Shown here in pieces: positions 1 through 12,139 of a stretch of DNA of 64,000 bases. Both the position numbers and the translations under genes were made by a program. The notes below the pieces were generated by a model, which had not been told where the DNA came from, ran no database searches, and saw nothing but the letters and a program-made list of their open reading frames with translations. Origin of the DNA: Octopus vulgaris (taxonomy: Eukaryota); the NCBI GenBank assembly GCA_951406725.2, contig OX597820.1:36766001-36830000 (forward strand), read 5' to 3'. Every line of letters starts with the position of its first letter. Position 1 is the first letter of the stretch.

Positions 1-44
1 CACCTTCTTGTACAAACAATGGTAAACTAAATAAGTAGCAGGTA

Positions 45-135
45 CTTTCCTGTACAAACTAAGTGTCTTCTACTATAGCCTGGAACTGACCAAAACTTTG
101 TAATGGATTTGATAGATAGAAACTAAAAGAAGCCA
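45..135 (+). mobile_element. SINE fragment
   Basis: aagtgtcttctactatagcc..tggatttgatagatagaaactaaaagaagcc matches the SINE core. Confidence 0.6.
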
Positions 136-1171
136 TCCTATAAGTGAGAATTATTTTTCTCCATGGTAAAATGCAGGTAAATTGCCTTCAAAAGTTAAAA
201 TATGTCACAAATATATTTGAACTAACCTAAAGTTTGTATATTTCTTATCATTGCTTAGTACTACTACTAATATATTTGTTCTGACTGGGCATTGGCAAAA
301 TCTTCATTTGGATATAGGAACTAATAGCAAAGTACACCTAACATTTATCATACAGCTTAGCCTTTATGTATTCTACTACCCATTCCTTTCTACTCCTTAC
401 AAACTCATAGTTATATTTAAAAACTTTATTTACTTTACTATTCCATCCTTGTCATATACTGCCTATGTGTGGTCCTGCTCTAATTATGGAATTAGTTCTT
501 GACTTGCAGCATGTTTTATCAAAATCCAAATCTCTGTTATACTGCAATTCTTTATCAAAAATTTAGATTTCCAATAGATGTTACTAATTCCAATAAAAGC
601 TATTTTCAACTTCTACATCCCCCTTTTCTAAGTTATAGTTCTATTCTCAAATTGATAATTTGAAATATTTATTTTATTTTTGAATTGACATGTTGAATAC
701 AATAACCTGCAAACAAAACCATTTCAGTTAAAGAATAAAAAAATCTTACAGTAAATCACCTTTCTTCCAAACTTATTGCATAAACAACTGATATAGATTA
801 TTGCAGCTTAAATTCACAAAGACAAAAGTAATTGAATCATAATACACAACTATCAACTGTTTGTAACATCAAAATAGTGACAAATGTGTGAAATCAGATC
901 AGATATTTATATTAATCCAAAGTGAATCAATAAAGAGGTTTATGAATTTATATAAAGTTTAATCATACATATCATAACTTCTTTTATTTACACTGATTTT
1001 CTACCAATGAAATGGCCCCATTGACACAAGTAAGTCCAAATTTATTTGCATTGTAGAAGGTTCAGTTCAACATTATATCATTATTGCATAGTACTAACTG
1101 CCTCATAGGAATTCCATTGTGGTTTCCTGAAATAATAATTGGTATAATTTATTCAAAGTAATTCTATTTTT

Positions 1172-2410
1172 TCATGTCTTGTCTTTCAAGTGATTTTGTC
1201 TATGACTACTCAAACTACCATTTTTTGGGAATGTTTCTCCACATATATCACAACGATATGATTTTTCACCTGTGTGAATACGTCTATGTCGAGTTAAATG
1301 TTGATTATCAGAGAAGGTTTTACCACAAATATCACAATAATATGGTTTTTCACCTGTGTGAACACGCACATGTAGTGTCAAATGACTGCTCTGGGAGAAC
1401 GTTTTGCCACAGATATCACAGTGGTATGGTTTTTCACCTGTGTGAACACGTACATGTAGTGTCAGGTGACTACTCTGAGTGAATGTTTTACCACAGATAT
1501 CACAGTGGTATGGTTTCTCACCAGTGTGAATGCGTTTGTGTTTAGATAATTTACTACTGTCAGAAAATGTTTTCCCACAGATATCACAGTGGAATGGTTT
1601 CTCTCCTGTGTGAATTCGTTTGTGACTCGTCAGAGTACCATTCTCAGAGAAGGTTTTCCCACAAATATCACAGTGGTATGGTTTCTCTCCTGTGTGAATT
1701 CGTTTATGAGTAGTCAGAGTACCATTTTCAGAAAATGCTTTCCCACAGACATCACAACGATATGGTTTTTCACCAGTGTGAACATATTTATGACTACTCA
1801 AATAAGAATTTCGGGAAAATGTTTTTGCGCAAATACCACACTGATATGGTTTCTCTCCTGTGTGAATACGTTTATGAATAGTTAAGCTATTACTATGGGA
1901 GAATGTTTTGCTGCAAATATCACAGTGATATGGTTTCTCTCCTGAGTGAATATATTTGTGTCTAGTCAAATGACCATACTGAGTGAATGTTTTGCCACAA
2001 ATATCACAATGATATGGCTTTTCACCAGTATGAATACGTCTATGATTAGTTAAAGTGCTACTTTCAGAGAAATTTCTACCACAGATATCACAATGATGTG
2101 GTCTCTCACCTGTGTGACTGTATCTATGACTAGTTAAATAACACTTTCGAGAGAATGTTTTATTACAAATATCACAATGAAATGGTTTCTCACCAGTGTG
2201 AATATATTTGTGAACTGTTAAACTACTATTATAAGAAAATGATTTACCACAGATATTACAGTGGTATGGTTTCTCAGCAGAATGAACAGCTTGGTGTCTT
2301 GTTAAGTGACTATATTTAAAGAATGTTTTACCACAGGTTACACATTGATAAATGTTCTCATCTATGTGAATATATTTATGAATAGGTAAAGAATTGCTTT
2401 TAGCAATCAT
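1172..2410 (-). CDS. C2H2 zinc-finger protein ZF1, 14 fingers
   Basis: 412-aa ORF of tandem CxxC-x12-HxxxH units with TGEKPY linkers. The ancestral leader upstream (2411-2610) is disrupted. Confidence 0.93.
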   Translation of the reverse strand: MIAKSNSLPIHKYIHIDENIYQCVTCGKTFFKYSHLTRHQAVHSAEKPYHCNICGKSFSYNSSLTVHKYIHTGEKPFHCDICNKTFSRKCYLTSHRYSHTGERPHHCDICGRNFSESSTLTNHRRIHTGEKPYHCDICGKTFTQYGHLTRHKYIHSGEKPYHCDICSKTFSHSNSLTIHKRIHTGEKPYQCGICAKTFSRNSYLSSHKYVHTGEKPYRCDVCGKAFSENGTLTTHKRIHTGEKPYHCDICGKTFSENGTLTSHKRIHTGEKPFHCDICGKTFSDSSKLSKHKRIHTGEKPYHCDICGKTFTQSSHLTLHVRVHTGEKPYHCDICGKTFSQSSHLTLHVRVHTGEKPYYCDICGKTFSDNQHLTRHRRIHTGEKSYRCDICGETFPKNGSLSSHRQNHLKDKT

Positions 2411-2610
2411 TTTACTATAAGTCTCACAATGTTTAAGATTTTAAGCTTGTATGAATTAATTTTTAATCAAGTACATTATTAGATTGTGTGAATATCTTCC
2501 TACAGGCATTGGAGTGTTGAGATTTTTTTTTGTATTTACACATGAGATACAAAACTAGATTCTGACTGCATTTGATTGTGAACCTTTCTTTCACACAATT
2601 TCTCCTCCAC
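2411..2610 (-). pseudogene. Disrupted N-terminal leader of ZF1
   Basis: GTG GAG GAG AAA TTG TGT GAA reads VEEKLCERKVHNQMQSESSFVSHV*, homologous to the MEEKLCE leader. The ATG is lost, there is a stop, and it is out of frame with the main ORF. Confidence 0.8.
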
Positions 2611-3469
2611 AAGTTTCCTCCTTCTTTTATAATATATATTTCCTTTTTGTAAATTTAGTTAAATTTCAGATGTCTCATGAAGAAGAATATATATATTATA
2701 TGAAACTTTCAATAAATACTGAAGATTACAATATATATTCTCTGGGTGTAAAATGTGATGTTTCACAAAGTCTGTAGATGTCTTAGTCATAAAGAAACAG
2801 TTTCAAGATATTTTATTAGGACAGTTATTTTTCTTTTTCCTTCAATCTTGGAATTAAAAACAAGTAAACTGACTCTAGCTTTGAAGAGACGCCTAGATAT
2901 GAAAGATATTATACGTATCCCTTTATAACTATAACTTAAATTTCACAGAAACCTAATCAAGGTTATAAAGAACAGTTAATTAGGTTCCTTGATAATGTCT
3001 GTCTTCCATTTTCAAAATCTGAAGTATTTCTTGATATATCTTGAATCAGCAATTACCATTTCAATATCACCACAAACTCTGAAATAAAGAATATAAAGTA
3101 GAAAGGATACTGAAAACTGAGCATGAGGGTTATTAAGCAGGGGAGACTTCAACAGAGACACGAGATGACAGAATGATAATAATAAAAAGGCTCAGAAAAC
3201 ATCTCCATAAGAAAGAGATAATAGAATGGATATGTAGCACAAATGGATGATGTGGTGTGTGAATGGGGACATTAGAAATGAGTTAATGATAAGCTACACA
3301 CAGATGTCAAAAGAATAGCATAATTAAGGATCATAAACATGACAATATAAGGCTGGGAAGCTTAGACAAGAATAAGATCATTGAAATTCTAGTTCTAATC
3401 ACTTCTGATAACAGATCTTTAGTAACAGCTTGATATCAATGTTGAGATGTCAGTTTATATGTATAGATG

Positions 3470-4200
3470 TGTGTATGTGTGTACTAAGAAGTTTCCTTCC
3501 TAACCACATGGTTCTGGTTCAGTCACATGGCATGGTACCATGGATAAGCATCTTCTACTATAGTTCCAGGCTGACAAAAGTCTTGGGTGTGCATTTGGTA
3601 GTCAGAAACTGAAAGAAGCTCATCATATGTTTATTTATATGTGTGTGTGCATGTGCTACTGTCTCCTTTCTTTGATATCACACTAGCAGTATCGCCCGAC
3701 GTTGCTCGGGTTTGTAAGGGAAATAACTATATAAACATTTTTAGAGAGTTACTTCCCTTATATAAACCGAGCAAAAAAACTCATTAAAAAAAACGAAAAT
3801 ATGATGGTAAATTTTTTTTAAAATCGTAGACTCATCGTAGACGCGCACTAATACTCAGAAGGGCTCGATATGAATCACGACAATAAGATACCCGCTTTTG
3901 GTTAAACTGCACCACAAAATGTGCAGTTTAATGTGCAAAATCGGAGGAGACAGACTCTCACACAACTTCAGTTTTATATATAAAGATAAAAGTTGTAAAT
4001 GAGTGTTACTGTCATGCAAGCAGCACTCTTTATTTCCCATATTCCATGAAAACATGTCTGGTGATGGGGAAATATTATCTCACTTGAAAACAGGTAAGGG
4101 TTGGTGACAGGAAGGACAGCTGGCCATACAAAACCTGCCTCAACAAATTTCGAGTAACCGATGTAAGCAAAGAAATAAATGGATATTAAAATGATGAGAT
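3470..4200 (+). mobile_element. Degenerate tRNA-derived SINE with RTE-like tail, split by the Helitron
   Basis: B-box-like ggttcagtc, a cttctactatag core and a gggttggtgacaggaagg tail. Homologous to 54435-54850 and 57124-57500. Confidence 0.7.
3683..3986 (-). mobile_element. Non-autonomous Helitron nested in a SINE
   Basis: The minus strand starts TC(TTTATATATAAAAC) and ends CTAG, with a CCCGA..TCGGG hairpin at 3695-3710. It is inserted between A and T with no TSD, and the flanks rejoin to the SINE sequence seen intact near 54630. Confidence 0.85.
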
Positions 4201-5264
4201 GATATATATATTTATTTTTACACACACACACACATGTATGTATATACACCTGTGTCATTAAAACTTTTATATCCACATTCCATGCTGGTATTGGATGAAT
4301 CAGTTCTTATTTGGAGTTACCGCTCTCACAGATGGGTCAGGAGATTGTCTCACTTGTACATTCCATTTTTGACATGGCTTCTATGGCTGTATGCTGCTAT
4401 TCCTAACACTAACCACTTTACTGAGTGTAATTGGATTATTTTATCAAAGCACCAACTCAAGGGAGGTTGTGATGTCCCCAACCAGACTAAAGAGTCTTCT
4501 CATCTCTGAATTGCCTCTACCCTTTTGTCATCCACTTTACAGAATGTACTAGCATATTTTACCATAGTACAAGCCCTGATGAGGTTGCACCGTGCAAGGC
4601 TAAAGAGTCCTCACTACCCAACAATGTTTCTGCTCACTCAAGGTAATATGATCAAGAGGGTAAATAGGAGTGAGAGTAATGACAGAGGAAGAACAAGGGT
4701 GAATGAAAGAAGACAACAAGAATATAGAAAAGGAAACAGAATATGAGAAAATAATGAAATAAAGAGAGTGATAGCCGCTACATGTTTGCTTGTGTGAGAC
4801 AAAATAAGAGACAAAGATACAGAGAAAGAGAAACTGAGTGGTTGAAACTAATAGAGATGGGTGGTGGTAAGAGAAAATGATGAATAGTAAGAGTGAGTGG
4901 GATAGTGAGGAAGTAGTAATAACTAATGACACAAAAAAATGATGGTAGTAAGTATTGGTTATGATCTAACATAATCCTTTACAAATAAGTATGTTGCAAA
5001 GAGAGAGGTTGAATAAGGATGGAAAGAGGTTTTGAATCTGCTCATTATCCAGACAGCATGGCGCTGTGAACCGAAAAGATACTCAGTGTCAGAGAAATTA
5101 GATGGTTGGATAGAACCATTGCTATCTTTAGTCATACTTGCTGCATAGTACAATGAATAGAAGAAAAAAGTGAGTGATAGAGAGTTGAGAGAATTAAAAA
5201 AGTGATGGGACACATTAAGCAAGAGACCTAAAATGTAGGTATATTATATCTCCCAATTTCCTTC

Positions 5265-5790
5265 ATTCACTCCATTTTAATGCTTGCTCTGCCATGCCTT
5301 TATGGGTATTCTCCAGCACCAAATCTTGCAACACAGTCCCTTCTTATATCCATCAAGAGGCTGAACATATTGAGGTCAGTTTTCACCACTTCATCTCATA
5401 TCTTCTTAGGTCATTCTCGTCCACAAGTTCAATTCACTATGAGTGTTCTGCTTTGTACAGCTGCCACCCTCCATATACATCTGCCCCAGAATAAACTTTA
5501 TCCTTGCCTCTTATTCTCAGATTTTCTTTCATACATACTAACATTACACATCTAGAAAATCAAGCTTGCTTCATCTCTTTCTGCCAATCTCAAATCGTCT
5601 CTATTTAAGAACCACGTCTAGCAATTGTGCAGCATCACAGTTTGTATACAAGTATCATACAATCTACCTTTTACTTTGAAAGGGAAATACCACTTTGTTT
5701 ACCAGTGGATGTAATAGCTCACTGATCTTTTTCCAACTTGATTTTACTCAGGTTGTTGCACTTTTGAAACCACCAACTTCATTATATATT
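5265..5790 (-). mobile_element. Degenerate RTE-type LINE fragment
   Basis: The minus strand resembles the GRGRPxKTWDEV region and adjacent sequence of the copy at 9160-9460. Confidence 0.5.
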
Positions 5791-6763
5791 AGGTCACCGA
5801 AGTGAAAAAAACAACAACACAGAACAAACAAAAAAAGCCAACTTCTAGGGTACTATTTGGACGTTTGAAAGTCTGTTTCACATGTGTACTTGTGTTTACA
5901 TGTAAATTTGTTGCTGAGCTTATTGCTGACTGAACTTCTGTACCTTGCTTGTGAGACTTACAAGTCATTCATCACTTGCGAGCTTCTTCAATATTCAGCA
6001 AATTACAGTGTGGATGCCTTCGGTAGCAACCACCACATTACAAAAATTGAACCCAGTCATAGATCTTCTATAATGGAATAGGAGAAACGAGTTGTTTTTG
6101 ACAGCGAAAGTGAACACAACAGTGTCAAAATATACGTAGATGAGTGCTAAAGCATCATAGGAAGGAAACGTAGATCCAATGGGTCTTTTTTTATATTTTA
6201 CATGAATATATAATTCATGAAGAATTCGATGACAAAAGTTTAAAATAAACACATTCACCAATCTGTTATTACTGCAGGCGTTCTTTTTATTCCGGAAGTG
6301 ATTTTGTCCAGCATCGGATCATATAATATACCCAGAGTTAATCAATTTGTAGCATCTCCGTTTCTCTAACCAGTTTCAATTTATCGTGTACATCATTCAA
6401 TTTAAAATGTAACTGTGAAAGTGCAAAATCAAACGTAGTCATCGCACCTATAGAAATTGCAGGATAGATGATTCGAGTAACTAAAATCGTCTTTCTCTAC
6501 AGGGAAAAGTCTATGTCATTTTTATACATGTTATAGTTTAATTATCGTACGATTCCTCATGCGAGCAGTTCAGAAAATCAGATCAGTGCACCCTAAACTC
6601 TCCTCTCCCATACACCAGCAGAGGTGGTTTAAAAAATGATTTGAATACAGAATTGGAATATTTTGTGATGCAAGCTGGAAACAATACTGCTATCATTACG
6701 AGGAATGGGATTGGATCTTTGCTTCATATAGACCAAATTAAGCCTAAACGTAGTCACTTTAAA

Positions 6764-6871
6764 CACTAGTGTAGCTAGTGGGGGCGGTAGGGGCTGCACT
6801 TTTGGGGTCTGCTGAAGGCAATGTATTTCTTGTGGGGTCCGGGGGCAGCACACATACTAGCTACGCTAGTT
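6764..6871. mobile_element. hAT-like MITE, 108 bp
   Basis: TIRs cactagtgtagctagt and actagctacgctagtt, with 8-bp TSD actttaaa on both sides. Confidence 0.75.
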
Positions 6872-7630
6872 ACTTTAAATAAGCTAGGATAATGACAAGA
6901 ATGGTGACGATACTAATTTTTCTGGTAGTGCCCCTCTTGGTATGAGAAGCACCTGTGGTAGTGACGAGGAACACTAGGGAAGAAAATGTTGTAAAGGAAA
7001 TCGTAGGAATACTCGATCTATATGTGTATGAAGACCGGGAAATATGAAGATGTTAGCATAATAGAACCAAAAACGATGGCTTACCTAATTATATATTGTG
7101 TTAACAAGTCTGAGCAGAGATAAGAGACGAGAAATTACAAACAACGTAGGGAACAAACAATGGTTTTAATTGCTTTTGGATTTTTACCACAACTGATGTC
7201 TTTCGTTAAAGTGACGATAATTAAGTACAATAACACGATAAACCAAACTATTTATATACACAGAAACTGCTTTAGCAGTTGTGACAATACGTTACAATTA
7301 ATGACAAATATTTCAAAGTCATAAATAGTTTCTTAAACTGAGCGTCACCAATGCTTATTTTTAAATAGAAGTTAAGCCTGCGTGTAAATAACATCTCAGA
7401 ATTAATACATATTGAGGGTGGTTCAAAGATATTTGCACTAAAACATATTCAATAATTAGCTACTGATAGTAGATTAACTTACTGTTTTCTTTGTCTAACC
7501 TCATTCTTTGATGCCACAGTATTGATAGGTGAAATAAATATATAGGTATTAACAGACATAATACACTTCTTACATATTCTTTTAGCTTAATTCACTTGTT
7601 TCACAGAAAAACGTGATCAATCTATCGAAT

Positions 7631-7652
7631 AATAAGCCATACTTTCGTAAAA
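7631..7652 (-). promoter_or_regulatory. Conserved upstream motif of ZF1
   Basis: aataagccatactttcgtaaaa, the same motif as upstream of the other paralogs. Confidence 0.65.
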
Positions 7653-7694
7653 CTAATTCTGCATAACTACAGATTTCGGCGGAGGTAAAGGACA

Positions 7695-8480
7695 AGCACT
7701 GCACCCCATTTCGGTTTTTTTTTTTTCCTACAGAAACCCACTTTTTCGACTGCGGAGATTTCAAATCTGCAAAAAAAAAAAAAAAAAATTGGTGAAAGAC
7801 TTCCACCCCTCCATGTTCTCGCAAATTATTGGGTTTTTTCCCCAAAAAACAACTACGTTTTCGGATACGGAGATTCCGGAAAATTGCCAAAAAACGGAAT
7901 TTTGAAATTTCTGCCCCCCGCCCTAATTTCTTCATTTTTTTCTGTAATGCTAACCCTAACTCTAACACCCTAAAACCCTAACCCTAACCCTAGGTAGAAA
8001 AATCTTTTGAAAATTTTTTCAGAATCATAATATCCGTATTTTTCCGCATATTTTGACAAAAACAATTTCTGAAAAAAATTTTGGAAATCTTTTTCAGAAT
8101 CATAATCTCCGTATTTTTACGCATATTTAGAAAAAAAAATTTCTGAAAAAAGTTTAAAAGGAAGAAATTAGGTGGGTAATTTCAAAATAACGATTTTTGC
8201 CAATTTTTTTGGAGATTCGTATTCTCCGTAGCCGAAAACGGTGGTTTATGTAGAAGAAATATTTAAAAAAAAAAAAAAAAAGGGCTGTTCTTTGGGGGGG
8301 GGGGGACAAAAGGAAGTCTTGCCAAATTGGGTTTTTCAAAATTTTACCCCCTTTCCCCAATTTTTCACTTTTTTTAAAAAGAAATTTTGGTCAATATAAA
8401 GATCCTCACCCGGGAACAAAAAAATAAAAAATTAACCAGCCTGGTGGGTGTTAACAAGTGTGTGGAAAACGAATATGAAA
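7695..8480. repeat. Unclassified repeat with internal inverted repeats and a telomere-like (TAACCC)n tract
   Basis: 7727-7790 is inverted relative to 8190-8253. There is a taaccc tract at 7951-7992 and a direct repeat near 8005-8150. A related copy lies at 21120-21370. Confidence 0.6.
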
Positions 8481-8595
8481 AAATAAAAATGCTCGCTGAT
8501 GACCCTGGAGATGGGGAGGGGACTTTCGGAAAATTCACAAGATCTGATTTTTCCGTCATAAATTCGGATAAACTGGATATATATATACTCTTTAC

Positions 8596-8987
8596 TCTTT
8601 TACTTGTTTCAGTCATTTGACTGCGGCCATGCTGGAGCACCGCCTTTAGTTGAGCAAATCGACCCCAGGACTTATTCTTTGTAAGGCCAGTACTTATTCT
8701 ATCGGTCTCTTTTGCCGAACCGCTAAGTGACGAGGACGTAAACACACCAGCATCGGTTGTCAAGCAATGCTAGGGGGACAAACACAGACACACAAACACA
8801 CGCATACATATATATACATATATACGACAGGCTTCTTTCAGTTTCCGTCTACCAAATCCACTCAAAAGGCTTTGGTCGGCCCGGGGCTATAGCAGAAGAC
8901 ACTTGCCCAAGGTGCCACGCAGTGGGACTGAACCTGGAACCATGTGGTTGGTAAGCAAGCTACTTACCACACAGCCACTCCTGCGGC
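8596..8987 (-). mobile_element. Full-length tRNA-derived SINE (octopus-type)
   Basis: Minus-strand A box TGGCTGTGTGG and B box GGTTCAGTCCC, an internal (TA/CA)n tract, and near-identical copies elsewhere in the window. Confidence 0.9.
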
Positions 8988-9159
8988 TATATATTGATTT
9001 TTTTTAATGGAATCCCACGTTTTTGGTTTATTCTTTAAAAAAAATATTTCAAGCATCACATTTTCAACATTTCATCATGCTATCACAGTTTTGTGAGATT
9101 TGGCTGTTATTTCTAGCATGTGGATAACCTGCTTGAAGGCTTGAGGGTGTATATATATG

Positions 9160-10005
9160 TCCATGCACGACAGAGTGTAAGCGCCCTGAGAGAAATGTTG
9201 GGCATTAGAAGCATTGGATGCAGCGTGCAGGAGAGACGATTACGTTGGTATGGTCATGTACTATGGATGGATGAAGAGAGATGTGTGAAGAAGTGCCACT
9301 CCCAAACTGTTGAAGGAATTTGGGGTAGAGGTAGACTCAGGAAGACATGGGACGAGGTGGTCAAGCATGACCTTCGTACGTTGAGCCTCACAGAGGCTAT
9401 GACAAAAGACCAAGACCTCTGGAGACAAGCTGTGACTTCGAAGACCCAACAAATGAAGTGAGTTCATGGCTTGCAGCAGTACATAGGGCCTCACAGAGGA
9501 AATGACGAAGACCGAGACCCCTGAGATATGCTGTGACTGTGAAGACCCAACAAATGAAGTGAGTTCATGGCTCGCAGGACAGCCTGCTGTGCTAACCCTG
9601 GATCATAGAGTGACCCGCTGTTCTCAAGGAGACCTATTGAGTCAAGTTCGTTAACATCAAAATATAATTCAAATGGAAATTGTAGTTAAGATACCGGTAC
9701 CGGTGACACGTAAAAAGCACTGTCCAAACGTGTCAGATGCCAGCGCCACCTGACTGGCGTCTGTGTCAGTGACATGTAAAAGCACCAACTGATCATGGCC
9801 GTTTGCCAGCCTCTTCTGGCCCCTGTGCCGGCGGCACACAAAAAAACACCCTCTACACTCACGGAGTGGTTGGCGTCAGGAAGGGCATCCAGCTGTAGAA
9901 ACACTGCCAAACCAGACTGGAGCCTGGTGCAGCCTTCGTGACTTACCAGACCCTGGTCAAACTGTCCAACCCATGCTAGCATGGAAAACGGATGTTAAAT
10001 GATGA
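9160..10005 (+). mobile_element. 5'-truncated RTE-clade LINE (ORF C-terminus plus 3' UTR)
   Basis: RRLRWYGHVLWMDEERCVKK..GRGRLRKTWDEVVKHDL; the UTR ends gttaaatgatgat; a local duplication lies at about 9400-9575. Confidence 0.85.
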
Positions 10006-10015
10006 TATATATATA

Positions 10016-10221
10016 TGGCTGTGTGGTAAGTAGCTTGCTTACCAACCACATGGATCTGGGTTCAGTCCCACTGCGTGGCACCTTGGGCAAGTGTCTTCTA
10101 CTATAGCCTCGGGCTGACCAAAGCCTTGTGAGTGGATTTGGTAGACGGAAACTGAAAGAAACCTGTCATATATATGTATATACATATATGTATGTGTCTG
10201 TGTTTGTCCCCTCCCCAACAT
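10016..10221 (+). mobile_element. tRNA-derived SINE, 5' half
   Basis: Reverse complement of 8770-8980. Confidence 0.85.
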
Positions 10222-11079
10222 CGATGGAAGTATGGTTGATGATAAATATCAGTATGGGGGATGTGGGTGAGAGAAATAGAAATGGTTCAAGAAAGAGGAG
10301 ATGGCACACTGCAATATAGGAGGTGTGGAGAGTAGAAAGTAGGAAGATGGTGTAAGATTAAAGGGGAGTGATAAATTGTAGCAGAGATGGAGGTCAGAGG
10401 TCATCAGGGTGCCTATAGTGAGTGTGTGTGTGGTGAAGATATGAGAGGGTATTGAGAATGATAAAATGAAGTGGACTCAGGTGAATTTTCCAAAATTCTT
10501 CCCTCCTAAAATACGTTTCTCCACAAATTTTATATATTCAGAATCTACATGATATAACACAAATTCGTAGAAAATTTCATTAAAAAATATCCATTTTTCT
10601 GAAAGTTATGATCCCCCAAATTCGGTGGGCTGGGGATTCTCTTTAAACACATAGTTTGCCTTTGGTAGGAAATATGTCATCAAAGTGGAGTGAATTACTT
10701 CTCAGACAAATTTAAAGATCCTGCATATTTAATTCTCAACTTAAGCATCTTTTAATTCCATTTTCTTTTTATTGCAAAATGAAATAAAGTTTTTTTCCTT
10801 GCAGTCTTGCTAATCACGAATAGCACTATTTCAAACTTCCTGGGAATGATCGGCATGATGTAATTCAGAAGTTAATCATGTTAAATCCCACCTTCTATGA
10901 AGTTACAGATTTTTGAGGGACGATAACAGACATGAAATAGTTCAAAAAACATTTTTCGTGCTTTGTTTCTTTCTGCTTTTTCTTTCTAATTTGTCAGCTG
11001 TTCAGCAGTCATCTTCCTTTATGTTCTTCAATGGCTGCACTAATTCTGTGTAATATATATATATTAATCTTTTATATAA

Positions 11080-11477
11080 TCTTTTACTTGTTTCAGTCAT
11101 TTGACTGTGGCCATGCTGGAGCACCACCTTTAGTCGAGCAAATCAACCCCAGGACTTATTCTTTGTAAGCCTAGTACTTATTCTATCAGTCTCTTTTGCC
11201 GAACCGCTAAGTTACGGGGACGTAAACACACCGGCATCAGTTGTCAAGCGTTGTTGCGGGGACAAACTCAGATACACAAACATATACACACACACATACA
11301 TTCATATATATACATATATACGACGGGCTTCTTTCAGTTTCCGTCTACCAAATCCACTCACAAGGTTTTGGTCGACCTAAGGCTATAGTAGAAGACACTT
11401 GCCCAAGGTGCCACGCAGTGGGACTGAACCCGGAACCATGTGGTTCGGAAGCAAGCTACTTACCACTCCTATGCCTA
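11080..11477 (-). mobile_element. Full-length tRNA-derived SINE
   Basis: Near-identical to 8596-8987. Confidence 0.9.
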
Positions 11478-12139
11478 TATATTTTTTTTTTTGTGATACA
11501 AATATGAGGAATGTCTACACTTGTTAATTGATAAGTTTTACCAATATAGTTTAACAAAACCACTCTGAATTATTTCTATAAGTTTAAATTTGTTTAAATT
11601 ATGCAAATTACCTACTCTGAGTCTCTCGGATACAGAAGATAAAGGGACAATTTTCATGCTACTGAGGCAGAAACGGGTGACTATGTGTTCTTATCTCAAG
11701 ACAATAAGTCTGCTCCTTTCCTAGTGGCATATCAACATTGGAGAATTCTTGAGATTATTCTCCCCTTATAATATAGAGCTGATCTTGATTGGTACTTGGT
11801 AATTATGACACACACACATCCTCTAGAAACAGAGACCATTTTTATTAATTGAAAATATATGCTGTATAGTATTAGATATACTTCTGTTTGTATATGCTAT
11901 TCCTTTTATTGAACTGGGTACTCATTTAGTTTTGCGGGTTTTATGTGCAGGTAGATGCATGTGACACACACTGGCCAAAGATGTACACAATTCCATATAT
12001 GTATCTTAAATAGATTGATATTAATATAGTTGCTGGTTATGGCTGGCCTCCTGCCACCCACCCACTAATTTAAGAACCTAGTGATGGGTAGCAGTAAGAG
12101 GATTTTGAATTTTTATAGAGATTTTCAATGTTGCATCTC

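Noticed and set aside
1174-1885. Antisense ORFs over the zinc-finger genes ([11 protein letters not shown].. type, also at 15928, 26301, 31507, 40853 and 50240)
   Set aside because: Shadow frames created by the 84-bp finger periodicity; no independent coding evidence.
2530-2545. Rescue of the ZF1 leader stop by A-to-I editing
   Set aside because: The leader is also out of frame and lacks an ATG, so editing alone cannot restore it.
7951-7992. Telomere or chromosome-fusion site
   Set aside because: Short, degenerate and embedded in a dispersed repeat.
8757-8954. Recurrent small ORFs ..LSVSVYQIHSQGFG..CPRCHAVGL
   Set aside because: Translations of SINE copies, not genes.
8920-8987. tRNA gene
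   Set aside because: A and B boxes are present but contiguous with the SINE body; no convincing cloverleaf.
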